Shown in pieces: positions 1 to 9,339 of a DNA stretch of 64,000 bases. Both the position numbers and the translations under genes were made by a program. The stretch's first letter is position 1. Each line of letters begins with the position of its first letter. The stretch comes from Minisyncoccota bacterium (GTDB lineage Bacteria > Patescibacteriota > Minisyncoccia > 2-02-FULL-40-12 > GWA2-44-9), in the NCBI GenBank assembly GCA_035620375.1, contig DASPGX010000006.1, positions 6,156 through 70,155 of the forward strand, given 5' to 3'. Below the pieces are notes generated by a model. It saw only the letters and a list, made by a program, of their open reading frames with translations, was not told the origin of the DNA and ran no database searches.

Positions 1-28
1 AATCAGATGCCGTCAGGTGAGTGTGGGG

Positions 29-247
29 TCAGCAGGAGTCTATTTTTACGTGCACCTTCTTTCCGCAGTGCTGGCATCTGCGGTGCTTGAGCGCGCAGGC
101 GAAACACAGCAGAAAGTCGCGGCTGGTCGCCGGAGCGCCGCACGCGCACGTGCGCGGGCTGGCGTCCACCCAGCGGCCGTCGCAGTGCGAACAGAGAAGG
201 TATGACTCCTTCAATTGGGTTTTTGTGTGTCCTTTCGGTTCAGCCAT
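29..247 (-). CDS. small Cys-rich zinc-binding protein (CRIPT-like C-terminus)
   Basis: 72 aa with CSHC, CAC, CFAC and CQHC; GGAGG Shine-Dalgarno upstream of ATG. Confidence 0.7.
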   Translation of the reverse strand: MAEPKGHTKTQLKESYLLCSHCDGRWVDASPRTCACGAPATSRDFLLCFACALKHRRCQHCGKKVHVKIDSC

Positions 248-362
248 GTCCCTCCGATGAGGTATCGCGTTCCGTTGCCGTCATTGTCGTACATTCAGTC
301 CCAACGCAAAGGGCACAACTGTGTATAAGTACACAACCGGCATATGATGCCGGTTGTGCGTC

Positions 363-493
363 TGTGCCCGAGGTGGGAGACCTCCTCAGTCCGCGCCTCG
401 CCGGCCGCTCAGCGCGGCTTCAGAGCCGGGGATCGCGGTGTCGGTCTGCTGACCGACACATCGCTCCGCCCTTCGACTCCCACCTCTCCGGGT
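363..493. repeat. tRNA-Leu-derived repeat/palindrome
   Basis: TGTGCCCGAGGTGGGAG at 363-379 is identical to 538-554; TTCGACTCCCACCTC at 472-486 is an inverted copy of the tRNA T-arm. Confidence 0.7.
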
Positions 494-500
494 CATAGCA

Positions 501-534
501 AATCACGCCGTCCCAGAAATGGGACGGCGTGATT
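501..534 (-). terminator. hairpin downstream of tRNA-Leu
   Basis: perfect 15-bp stem AATCACGCCGTCCCA-GAAA-TGGGACGGCGTGATT. Confidence 0.7.
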
Positions 535-539
535 CGATG

Positions 540-621
540 TGCCCGAGGTGGGAGTCGAACCCACAATCCTTGCGGAACACGATTTTGAGTCGTGCGTGTA
601 TGCCAGTTCCACCACTCGGGC
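540..621 (-). tRNA. tRNA-Leu(CAA)
   Basis: reverse complement GCCCGAGTGGTGGAACTGGCATACACGCACGACTCAAAATCGTG...GGTTCGACTCCCACCTCGGGCA; long variable arm. Confidence 0.95.
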
Positions 622-741
622 GCAAGAGCTTCGTCGGGCGGTCATATTTCGCGCCGCCGAAGAAGCCCATTATACCACTTTTCGGTGCTTTTTCAACGTT
701 CTCTGAATTGCGTGCCAGCATCGGCACGGTACAATGGACGT

Positions 742-1503
742 ATGGCGCGTGTTATCTCGGTGTGCAATCAGAAGGGCGGCGTGGGTAAGACCACGACCGC
801 GGTGAATCTTGGTGCGTATCTTGCCGCACGCGGAAAGTACGTCCTGCTCGTGGACCTGGATTCGCAGGCGAACGCGACCGTGGGTCTGGGTGCGGGCACG
901 GGAGACGATGTTCCCAACGTCTATCATGCGCTGGTAAACGACCAGAATCCGCACGCGGTCCTGCATAAGACCTCCATGTTCGGCTACGACATCATGCCGG
1001 CATCCCAGGTGCTCGCCGGAGCGACCGTGGAACTGGTCGGCATGCAGGAGCGCGAGTTCCGCCTGCGCAACGTCCTGGCCCATGTACGCAACAACTACGA
1101 CTATATTCTGGTGGATTGTCCGCCGTCGCTCGGTTTATTGACCGTGAATGCGCTCGCGGCGTCCGACCGTGTGCTGATTCCGGTCCAGTGCGAGTACTAC
1201 GCGTTGGAGGGCCTGGGCCAGCTGATGCGCACCATTGAACTGGTGCGGAACGGACTCAATCCCGATTTGCAGGTACTCGGGGTATTGCTTACGATGTATG
1301 ATAAGCGCAACCAGTTGGCACGGCAGGTGCTCAACGAGGTCGCGAAAAATTTTCCCGGTCGCGTCTTCCAGGCGGTGGTGCCGCGTACCATTTCGCTGGC
1401 CGAGGCGCCCAGTTTCGGTAAGACCATCCTGCAGTTCGATCCGGGTTCCAAGGCGGCCAAAGCGTACCGTGAACTGGCGGAAGAGATTCTTTCCCTGAAC
1501 TGA
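742..1503 (+). CDS. parA: ParA/Soj ATPase
   Basis: NQKGGVGKTT deviant Walker A, DLDSQAN, DCPPSLG, PVQCEYYALEG; start set at MARVIS. Confidence 0.95.
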   Translation: MARVISVCNQKGGVGKTTTAVNLGAYLAARGKYVLLVDLDSQANATVGLGAGTGDDVPNVYHALVNDQNPHAVLHKTSMFGYDIMPASQVLAGATVELVGMQEREFRLRNVLAHVRNNYDYILVDCPPSLGLLTVNALAASDRVLIPVQCEYYALEGLGQLMRTIELVRNGLNPDLQVLGVLLTMYDKRNQLARQVLNEVAKNFPGRVFQAVVPRTISLAEAPSFGKTILQFDPGSKAAKAYRELAEEILSLN

Positions 1504-1504
1504 T

Positions 1505-2407
1505 ATGTCGTCAAAGAAACATTTCGGACTCGGCAAGGGGCTGGGTTCGCTCATTCCCGAGAGCGCGGGAGCGGAGCCGGGCGTCGCGCGCAAAGAGAAC
1601 GTGTTCTACGTGGAGGTCGGTATGATAGAGCCGAACCCCGACCAGCCCCGGACGGATTTTGACGAGGATTCGCTCGCCGACTTGGCGCGCAGCATCCGCA
1701 AGTACGGAGTGCTCCAGCCGCTGTTGGTATCCAAGGTTGAGGAGCCCTCCGGCAGGGGACTGAACGTGAAGTATCAGCTTATCGCCGGGGAGCGGCGGTG
1801 GCGGGCGTCCCAGATGGCCGGCCTGCCGCACGTGCCGGTCATCATCCGCGACGACCTGGAGCCCCGTGTGCCGTCCAAGCGCCTGGAGCTGGCGCTGATT
1901 GAAAACCTCCAGCGCGACGACCTGAACGCGATGGAATCGGCGGAGGCGTATGCGCGCCTTGCAGGCGATTTCGGCCTGTCGCAGAAAGAAATCGGCGACA
2001 AGGTGGGCAAGAGCCGTGAGGCGGTTGCCAACACAATGCGACTGTTGAATCTTCCCAAGTACATCAAGGACGCGCTCCGTGCCGGACGCATCACCGGTAC
2101 CCATGCGCGGGGACTGCTGTCGTTCTCCGACGCCAAGAAGCAGGAGGAGATGTACAACGCCATCATCGCGGGCGGATTTTCCACCAAAGACGTGGAGAAT
2201 GTCGCGACGTCCGCGCGTGCAGTCGTCGGCAGGCGCAAGGCAAAGCACAACGCCAAATTCGATGACCTCATGAAGAACCTGACTGAGCGACTGCAGGCGC
2301 CGGTGCTCATCCGCACGGCCGGCTCGTCGGGCAAGGCGGGACAAATCGTCATCCGCTTCTCCTCCGTGGAAGAACTCAACGGGGTGGTGAAGCGGATTGT
2401 GGACTGA
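1505..2407 (+). CDS. parB: ParB/Spo0J partition protein
   Basis: LGKGL, PNPDQPR, GVLQP, AGERRWRA, ENLQR and an HTH; directly follows parA. Confidence 0.95.
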   Translation: MSSKKHFGLGKGLGSLIPESAGAEPGVARKENVFYVEVGMIEPNPDQPRTDFDEDSLADLARSIRKYGVLQPLLVSKVEEPSGRGLNVKYQLIAGERRWRASQMAGLPHVPVIIRDDLEPRVPSKRLELALIENLQRDDLNAMESAEAYARLAGDFGLSQKEIGDKVGKSREAVANTMRLLNLPKYIKDALRAGRITGTHARGLLSFSDAKKQEEMYNAIIAGGFSTKDVENVATSARAVVGRRKAKHNAKFDDLMKNLTERLQAPVLIRTAGSSGKAGQIVIRFSSVEELNGVVKRIVD

Positions 2408-2408
2408 C

Positions 2409-3074
2409 ATGGAGAAGAGTCCCGAACAACCGAAGCAGGCTACCCGTGAAGAAGTTATCCGGGCGTTCCGTTCCGGCGAGCGTCAGGAAGGCCACCGTCT
2501 GTTTGACGAATGGTACCAGCGGCGCATCCGGGATAATGACAACGCTCCGGATTCCGGTCCACGTCATTTGCTTTCCGTGGAAACCATCGAGGTGTACGCG
2601 GCCGCCGGTGAGATGGACATGCTCATGCTGGAAATGCCGCTCGTCAGACAGGCAATTGATTCGGACGCCACGTTGACCGACGAGCTCCGTACGGAGTTGG
2701 CGGGCCGCTTGGACCGGGCCGGTCTGCCGAACCGGAACACGGTGAACCTTCCCGGGGAGGAGAAGTCCGCACGGGGTCCGATATTTACCCAGGAGGATAC
2801 GGATTTTACGACCTACGAGGGCGCGACGACGAAGGACATGCTCAATCACGAAGCCGACCGGGCCGTGAAGCAGCGGGAGTCGGGCGATCCCACGGGCGCC
2901 GTCACGACGCTTGAACGGGCCCGCAGTTATGCGGCGATGCGGACGCAGGTGCTTCTGGAGCTTGCGCGCAAGGAGCAGGACCCTGAGCGCAAGAATGCCT
3001 TTCTGGAGGAAGTCGGCGAGATTGAGGTCACGGACAAGGCACTGGAGTTCATCCTCAAGGAGTTCAGGGGGTAG
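2409..3074 (+). CDS. hypothetical helical protein
   Basis: ORF coupled to parB, acidic and helical, followed by a hairpin. Confidence 0.6.
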   Translation: MEKSPEQPKQATREEVIRAFRSGERQEGHRLFDEWYQRRIRDNDNAPDSGPRHLLSVETIEVYAAAGEMDMLMLEMPLVRQAIDSDATLTDELRTELAGRLDRAGLPNRNTVNLPGEEKSARGPIFTQEDTDFTTYEGATTKDMLNHEADRAVKQRESGDPTGAVTTLERARSYAAMRTQVLLELARKEQDPERKNAFLEEVGEIEVTDKALEFILKEFRG

Positions 3075-3082
3075 GTCTCTCA

Positions 3083-3121
3083 ACAGAATTAGCGGCTCAT
3101 TTCATGAGCCGCTAATTCTGT
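3083..3121. repeat. palindrome CGGCTCA-N5-TGAGCCG family, copy 1 (bidirectional terminator position)
   Basis: perfect 18-bp stem between convergent genes. Confidence 0.7.
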
Positions 3122-3131
3122 CCGCACACCC

Positions 3132-5048
3132 TTACGACCAGGCCGCTTCCAGGAGGCGGTTTTTTTCCGCGTTGCGGATGTTCGCGCAGCTGGTCAGATG
3201 CACGGTCACGCCCTTGGAACGCGTGATGTATCCCACGACCATCGTGCCCGCGGCGGGGGAGCAGCAGCGTCCGAGTTTGTGCTCCAGTCCGGCCTGGCCG
3301 CCGATGACCAATGTGCCGGGCCGGGCGGCCGACGGCGCGGGCGCGGACCTGCCGGTCCGCTTGCGCTCCGCGCGGAACGCATCCGGGTACAGTCGTTTGG
3401 CGACGTCCGCGGCGTCCAGGTCGCCCATGCTGACCGTCGTAAGTACGTCGTCCAGGGATTTCGCGGAATAGGCGGCCGTGACGGTATTCACCTCCTCGCG
3501 GGAAAGCTTTTCCACGGACGTGCGCGCCCGTGCGAGTTCGCGGTTCAGCGCCCGTTTGCCGTCGGCGATGGCGATGGACGGGTCGTGCCGTTTGAACCAA
3601 CCGCGGATGAGCCGGCGCGAGCCGGCCGTGCGGACGAATTTCAGCCAGTCCCATGACGGTTTCGCGTTCTTGCTTTTGATGACCTCCACGACGTCGCCGT
3701 TCTGCAGAACCTGGTTCAGCGTGGCGATACGGCCGTTCACGCGGGCGCCGGTGATGCGGTGACCGAGCTCCGAGTGCACCGCGTAGGCGAAGTCCACGGG
3801 CGTAGCGTCCTGGGGCAGGTCCTTGATGTCGCCGTCGGGCGTGAAAACGTAAATCCGGTGCTTGAAGAAGTCCAGGCGGAGCTTCGCCAATCCGGCCGTG
3901 GTCTTCAGGTCCTTCAGGTACTGCTTGAGCTGGTTGACCCAGGCGAGTTCCGCCTCCGCCGCTTTCGCGGCGCGCTTCTTGCCGCCTTCATCGTACGCCC
4001 AGTGCGCGGCGATGCCGTTCTCGGCGTGCTCATGCATCTCCGGCGTGCGTATCTGTATTTCCGCGATGCGGCCTTTCTCACAGAACACCGTCGTGTGCAG
4101 TGAGCGGTACCCGTTCGGCTTGGGAACGGCGATGTAGTCCTTGATGCGCCCCGGCAGGGGGCGGTAGTTGGCGTGAATGGCGCCGAGCGCCTCGTAGCAC
4201 CGCCGGTCGTCGGGGACGATGATGCGGAGCGCGACGAGGTCCATGACCTTGTCGGGGTCCATGCCGTACCGCTGCAGCTTCTGGTACAGCGACCAGTGGC
4301 GCTTGGCGCGTGCATGGATGTCCAGAACGGGAACCGCCGCGTCTTCCAGATGGCGGCGCACGAGCGGTGCGGCGCGCCGGATATAGCGGAGCCGATCCGC
4401 GTATTTGTCGCGCACCATGGACATCAGCTCGCGGTATTCCGCGGGGCGCGCGTGCGGGAAGGCAAGGTCCTCCAGTTCACCCTTGAAGCGGCCCATACCG
4501 AGGCGCGCGGCGATGGGCGCGTAGATATCCATCGTTTCGCGCGCTTTGGTCGTCCGCTTGGCCGGTTCCTGGTATTCCAGGGTGCGCATGTTGTGCAGGC
4601 GGTCGGCGAGCTTGATGATGATGACCCGGATGTCCTCGGCCATCGCCAGGAACATCTTCTTCAGCGATTCCACGTGCGGATCAGACGCTTTCACCAGCCC
4701 CGCGGAGGCCCGGTAGGGAATGGCCTTGAGCTTGGTGACGCCGTCCACGAGCGCGGCGACCTCCGGACCGAACTGAACGGCGATGTCCGCCGTTGTCACT
4801 GCCGTGTCCTCGGCGACATCGTGCAGCAGGGCCGCAGCCACGGCGTCCGCATCGAACCCGAGATCCGCCACGATTGCGGCAACCGCAACGGGGTGGATGA
4901 TGTACGGTTCTCCGCTTGAGCGCATCTGCCCCTCGTGCGCGCGTTTTGCCATGGCATATGCGCGCAGGATGAGCGCCTTGTCGGCGGCCGAAAGATGCGT
5001 ATGCTCAAGCACGGGCGCAAGCAGGTTCGTAGGCACGGAAGTTGACAT
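3132..5048 (-). CDS. rel: RelA/SpoT (p)ppGpp synthetase/hydrolase
   Basis: HD hydrolase (LHDVAED, KLADRLHNMRT), synthetase (YRSLHT, EIQIRT), TGS (TPVDFAY), ZFD (CCSP..H..C). Confidence 0.95.
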   Translation of the reverse strand: MSTSVPTNLLAPVLEHTHLSAADKALILRAYAMAKRAHEGQMRSSGEPYIIHPVAVAAIVADLGFDADAVAAALLHDVAEDTAVTTADIAVQFGPEVAALVDGVTKLKAIPYRASAGLVKASDPHVESLKKMFLAMAEDIRVIIIKLADRLHNMRTLEYQEPAKRTTKARETMDIYAPIAARLGMGRFKGELEDLAFPHARPAEYRELMSMVRDKYADRLRYIRRAAPLVRRHLEDAAVPVLDIHARAKRHWSLYQKLQRYGMDPDKVMDLVALRIIVPDDRRCYEALGAIHANYRPLPGRIKDYIAVPKPNGYRSLHTTVFCEKGRIAEIQIRTPEMHEHAENGIAAHWAYDEGGKKRAAKAAEAELAWVNQLKQYLKDLKTTAGLAKLRLDFFKHRIYVFTPDGDIKDLPQDATPVDFAYAVHSELGHRITGARVNGRIATLNQVLQNGDVVEVIKSKNAKPSWDWLKFVRTAGSRRLIRGWFKRHDPSIAIADGKRALNRELARARTSVEKLSREEVNTVTAAYSAKSLDDVLTTVSMGDLDAADVAKRLYPDAFRAERKRTGRSAPAPSAARPGTLVIGGQAGLEHKLGRCCSPAAGTMVVGYITRSKGVTVHLTSCANIRNAEKNRLLEAAWS

Positions 5049-5070
5049 GATGGTATTTTAAGTGTAAACT
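5042..5070 (+). promoter_or_regulatory. sigma70-type promoter overlapping the divergent rel start
   Basis: TTGACA-17 nt-TAAACT. Confidence 0.5.
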
Positions 5071-5115
5071 CAATCCTGCCCTCTGACAAGAACCATCAGC
5101 ACGACCGGAGGAACG

Positions 5116-5994
5116 ATGAAGAAACCGAAAATTGCGGTGTTCAGCGGCGCCAGCGGCGGCTGGCTCGGCACCAAACTCGCGACACGCCTGGACGCCAATA
5201 TGATCAGGGCCGACATCGCGGATGCGCATCGCGTCGGCATGATTCTGGACGCCTACAAGCCCGACGTCATCGTCAACTGCGTCGGCAGAGCGGGTCCGCC
5301 GACCGCCCAGCGGGGGAGGGCGGACATCCCGCAGAACATCGACTGGTGCAACCTGAACGACGCAACGCGCTGGGAGACGGTACGCAGCAATGTGCTGGGT
5401 GTGCGGATCCTCGCCGCCGCATGCAGTGCGCGCGGTATCAAAATCTACCATCTTTCCAGCGGCTGCATCTTCGACGGACCGTCGCCGGGTCCTGATGGGT
5501 GGCGTGAGACCGATGAGCCGGCTCCGGTCAGCTTCTACGGCAGGACCAAGGTGGACGGGGAGCGGGAGCTGCCTCCCGATGCATGCATCATCCGTCTTCG
5601 TCTGCCCGTGGACCGGGAGCCGCATCCGCGGAACCTCATCGACAAGCTCATACGGTACGAGAAGGTCATCGACGTGGAGAACTCGGTGACGGTCATCCCG
5701 TCACTGCTGGACGCCGTCGCGGTGCTCATCAAGGCGGATGCGTCCGGCATTTTTCACGTCACGAACCCCCGTCCCGTGCGGCATACCGAAATCCTGGAGT
5801 GGTACCGCCGGTACGTGGACGCGTCGCACCGGTATGAGCTGGTGCCGGCCGGCGCCATCAGCACGCTGGCGTCCGAGGGGCGCTCAAACTGCGTGCTGGA
5901 CACCTCCAAGCTGGAACGCTACATATCGCTTCCACCGGCCGACCAGGCCATCAGGGCGTGCCTGGTGGCATACCGTCAGTCCCTGCAGGCGTGA
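5116..5994 (+). CDS. NDP-4-keto-6-deoxysugar 3,5-epimerase/4-reductase (RmlD-like, NRS/ER type)
   Basis: GASGGWLG, NIDWC, SSGCIF, SFYGRTK (YxxxK), RLRLP, PRNLIDKL. Confidence 0.8.
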   Translation: MKKPKIAVFSGASGGWLGTKLATRLDANMIRADIADAHRVGMILDAYKPDVIVNCVGRAGPPTAQRGRADIPQNIDWCNLNDATRWETVRSNVLGVRILAAACSARGIKIYHLSSGCIFDGPSPGPDGWRETDEPAPVSFYGRTKVDGERELPPDACIIRLRLPVDREPHPRNLIDKLIRYEKVIDVENSVTVIPSLLDAVAVLIKADASGIFHVTNPRPVRHTEILEWYRRYVDASHRYELVPAGAISTLASEGRSNCVLDTSKLERYISLPPADQAIRACLVAYRQSLQA

Positions 5995-5998
5995 GTAG

Positions 5999-8062
5999 CT
6001 ACGCCTCGTCCGTTGATTCGGGCGGGGCGTTTTGATTTGAGGAATCCGGAGTTTCCGCCGGTTTGTCTTCCGGTCCGGTGTCACCGTCCGCTTTCGGGAT
6101 TTTCTCCGTGTAGCGGCATTTGGGGAAGTTGCCGCATGCGATGAACTTTCCGAACCGGCTCGAGCGGTAGACCAGTTCGCCGCCGTCCTTGGGGCACTCG
6201 CGTCCCACCTTTTCCGGCTCCTCTTTCTCTTTCTTCTCTTTGAGGATGTTTTTGCACGCCGGAAAATTACTGCATGCGATGAACTTGCCGAACCGTCCGC
6301 GCTTGACGACCATCGGGTTCCCGCACTTTTCGCAGATGATGCCCGTCTGTTCCGTTTCGGCCGCCTTGGCTTCCTTGGCCTCTTCGGTCTTCGTCACCAG
6401 GTCCTTGGCGAACGGTTCGTAGAATCCGCGCACCGTCGGCACCCATTCGCGCTCACCGCGCGCGATTTCGTCCAGGCCGTCTTCCATGGTTGAGGTGAAT
6501 GTGACGTCCACGACGCCCGGGAAGTTCGCGACCAAAAAGTCGTTCACCAGCATGCCCGCCTCCGTGGGGTGGAACTGCCGCGACCGGTCCTTCTCCACGT
6601 ATTTGCGCGTGACGATGGTGGAAATGATGGACGCATAGGTGCTCGGACGGCCGATACCTTCCTTCTCCAGCGTCTTGATGAGCGAAGCTTCCGAATACCG
6701 GGGCGGCGGCTTGGTGAAATGCTGTTCCGGCTTCAGTTCAGTGAGCGACAATGCATCGCCTTCGGCGACCGGCGGCAGTTCGTGTTCCTCAAAGCGCGTC
6801 GGCAGGATTTTCAGGAATCCGTCGAAACGGAGCGTCGTCCCGGTCGCACGGAAGCCGTACGTACCCGCACCGATGTCGATGCTCATGGAATCGAAGACCG
6901 CCTTCGTCATCTGCGAGGCCACCGCACGGCGCCAGATGAGGTCGTAAAGCTTGGCCTGCTGGGGCGTCAGCTGGGAAGTCAGTTCCTGCGGCGTCCGCGA
7001 AATTTCGGTCGGACGGATGGCCTCGTGCGCCTCCTGCGCCGATTTTGATTTTGTGCGGAAGCGCCGGCGCTCGTGGTACTTCGGACCGAGCGAGCCGGTA
7101 ATGTACGCCTCCGCCTGCGCAAGCGCCTGTTCGGACAGGTTCACCGAGTCCGTGCGCATGTAGGTGATGAATCCCGCCTCATACAGCTGCTGGGCAATCG
7201 TCATGGTCTGTTTGCTGGAGAACCGCAGTCGGCGGGCGGCGTCCTGCTGCATCGTGCTGGTCGTGAACGCCGCATGCGGCATGCGCGTCATTTCGGTCCG
7301 CTTGATTCCTTTCACGTTCCACGACGCGCCTGCGAGTTCCGTGACGACGCGGTCCGCTCCCTTCTTGTCGCGTATGGCGAACTTATCCAGATTCTGACCG
7401 TCACGGGAGACGAGCGTTGCAATCAGCGGCTGTCCGCCGGCGGTCCGGAGTTCCGCGGCGAGCGTCCAGTACTCCTCGGGGACGAACGCGGAAATCTCGC
7501 GCTCCCGTTCCACGATGAGCCGTACGGCGACCGACTGGACGCGGCCCGCCGACAATCCGCGCCAGAACCGTTTCCAGAGAATGGGGGAGAGCTTGTAGCC
7601 CACCAGGCGGTCCAGTACGCGGCGCGCCTGCTGGGCGTCCACGAGCCGCTGGTCGATGTCGCGGGGATTCCGGAGCGCGTCCGTAATGGCGGATTCGGTA
7701 ATCTCGTGGAACACGATGCGACGGGTGGGTTTGGGCTCCTTTGCCTTGCCCCGCCCGCTCTTTCCGAATCCGAGCGCCTGGACCAGGTGCCACGCGATGC
7801 TTTCGCCTTCGCGGTCTTCATCAGTTGCGAGAATGATTTCGTCCGCCTTGGCGGCTTCCTTCTTGAGCTCGGTGACGTTTTTTCGGGCCTTGGTGGGGAT
7901 GACGTACTGCGGTTCAAAACCGTGCTCCACGTCGATGCCCAGCTCGGCCTTGGGCAGGTCGCGGACGTGGCCGTACGATGACTTCACGATAAAATCGCTC
8001 CCGAGGAAGCGGGAGATGGTCTTGGCTTTCGTGGGGCTTTCTACGATGACGAGTTTGGTCAT
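5999..8062 (-). CDS. topA: DNA topoisomerase I
   Basis: VIVESPTK, ATDEDREGE, SAGRVQ, ITYMRTDS, GIGRPSTY, C-terminal zinc ribbons. Confidence 0.97.
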   Translation of the reverse strand: MTKLVIVESPTKAKTISRFLGSDFIVKSSYGHVRDLPKAELGIDVEHGFEPQYVIPTKARKNVTELKKEAAKADEIILATDEDREGESIAWHLVQALGFGKSGRGKAKEPKPTRRIVFHEITESAITDALRNPRDIDQRLVDAQQARRVLDRLVGYKLSPILWKRFWRGLSAGRVQSVAVRLIVEREREISAFVPEEYWTLAAELRTAGGQPLIATLVSRDGQNLDKFAIRDKKGADRVVTELAGASWNVKGIKRTEMTRMPHAAFTTSTMQQDAARRLRFSSKQTMTIAQQLYEAGFITYMRTDSVNLSEQALAQAEAYITGSLGPKYHERRRFRTKSKSAQEAHEAIRPTEISRTPQELTSQLTPQQAKLYDLIWRRAVASQMTKAVFDSMSIDIGAGTYGFRATGTTLRFDGFLKILPTRFEEHELPPVAEGDALSLTELKPEQHFTKPPPRYSEASLIKTLEKEGIGRPSTYASIISTIVTRKYVEKDRSRQFHPTEAGMLVNDFLVANFPGVVDVTFTSTMEDGLDEIARGEREWVPTVRGFYEPFAKDLVTKTEEAKEAKAAETEQTGIICEKCGNPMVVKRGRFGKFIACSNFPACKNILKEKKEKEEPEKVGRECPKDGGELVYRSSRFGKFIACGNFPKCRYTEKIPKADGDTGPEDKPAETPDSSNQNAPPESTDEA

Positions 8063-8916
8063 GATATGCGGAATGTGCCGTCGGCGTTCGCTACCGTGCC
8101 GTCCAGTTCCATTATCGACAATGCGGAGACGATTTGAGCCGCGGTCATGCCCGATGCGGCGACGATGTCGTCCATGTGCTTCGGTCCGTCCTCCAGTATA
8201 GCAACGATGCGCGCATGGACGGGGTCCGATGTGGATACGGGCATGGCGGCGCCGGCGCGCACGCCGTATTCCTCAAGAACGTCGGCCGGAGTGCAAACGG
8301 CCTTTGCGCCCTGCTGAATAAGATAGTTCGTTCCGGCCGAACGCGGCCAATAAATGCCTCCCGGAACCGCGAACACGTCGCGCCCCTGCTCGCCGGCCAG
8401 GCGCGCCGTGATGAGCGCGCCGCTCTTGATGTCGGCCTCAACGATGAGTACGCCCTTGCTCAGACCGCTGATGATGCGGTTGCGTGCGGGGAATGTCCAG
8501 CGGTCGGCGGGCGAGCCCGGCGGATATTCGGAAACGAGCAGTCCGCCGTGCGACAGGATGTCCCGTGCCAGCGGCAGGTTCTGCCGCGGGCCTACCATGG
8601 CGTCGTCAACGCCCGACCCCAGCACGGCGACGGTCGCGCCACCCGCATCCAATGCGGCGCGGTGCGCCACCGCGTCCACCCCGAGCGCAAGGCCGCTGAT
8701 GACGGTGAACCCGGCACGGACGAACGCCTCGCTCATCTGCCGCGCAGCCTGACGGCCGTATTCGCTCATGCGGCGCGTGCCGACGACGGCGATGCCCGGC
8801 CGGGACAGCAGCTCCGCATTCCCGCGGACGTACAGGACGTCCGGCATGCCGGCGACCGCGTTCAGCGCTTCGGGATACCGTGCGTCGTCGCGGGTGATGC
8901 GGAGGATATCGGCCAT
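8059..8916 (-). CDS. dprA: DNA-processing protein DprA
   Basis: VVGTR, SGLALGVD, FPARNRIISGL, SGALITA; canonical neighbour of topA. Confidence 0.95.
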   Translation of the reverse strand: MADILRITRDDARYPEALNAVAGMPDVLYVRGNAELLSRPGIAVVGTRRMSEYGRQAARQMSEAFVRAGFTVISGLALGVDAVAHRAALDAGGATVAVLGSGVDDAMVGPRQNLPLARDILSHGGLLVSEYPPGSPADRWTFPARNRIISGLSKGVLIVEADIKSGALITARLAGEQGRDVFAVPGGIYWPRSAGTNYLIQQGAKAVCTPADVLEEYGVRAGAAMPVSTSDPVHARIVAILEDGPKHMDDIVAASGMTAAQIVSALSIMELDGTVANADGTFRIS

Positions 8917-8994
8917 CGGAGGCGGATACTACGCGCGAGCCGACCGGGCTGTCAACAAAGGAGACGCGCACGGGGACGCCGTGCGCGGGGATGC

Positions 8995-9228
8995 TTACCA
9001 AACCGGACCTTCGTGGGTCCAGAGACTCACCAGGGCGGCGATGAACAGGATGATTCCGAAAAACTGGAATCCGCCGAGAATCCAGACGCCGAGCCCGGTC
9101 ACCGCGAGGTTCTGCCAGAACCCCTCCGGCTCCAGGAGCGCCCGGGCGCCGAGGAATATCCACGCGGGAATTCCGCAGACCACGAAGACGAGGAACGAAA
9201 GAACCGATTTCTGGAAAAACCGAACCAC
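8995..9228 (-). CDS. small two-helix membrane protein
   Basis: two hydrophobic segments; GGAGG SD and an AT-rich promoter with TTGACA upstream. Confidence 0.6.
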   Translation of the reverse strand: MVRFFQKSVLSFLVFVVCGIPAWIFLGARALLEPEGFWQNLAVTGLGVWILGGFQFFGIILFIAALVSLWTHEGPVW

Positions 9229-9339
9229 ATGCACCTCCGGGTTACGGGAAATACCATAACACTAATAATGTGCATATGTCAAATTTCGTGCCTGAGACGA
9301 AACGTGCCCCGCGCTCAACGAAGAGGGCGGGGCACGGCT

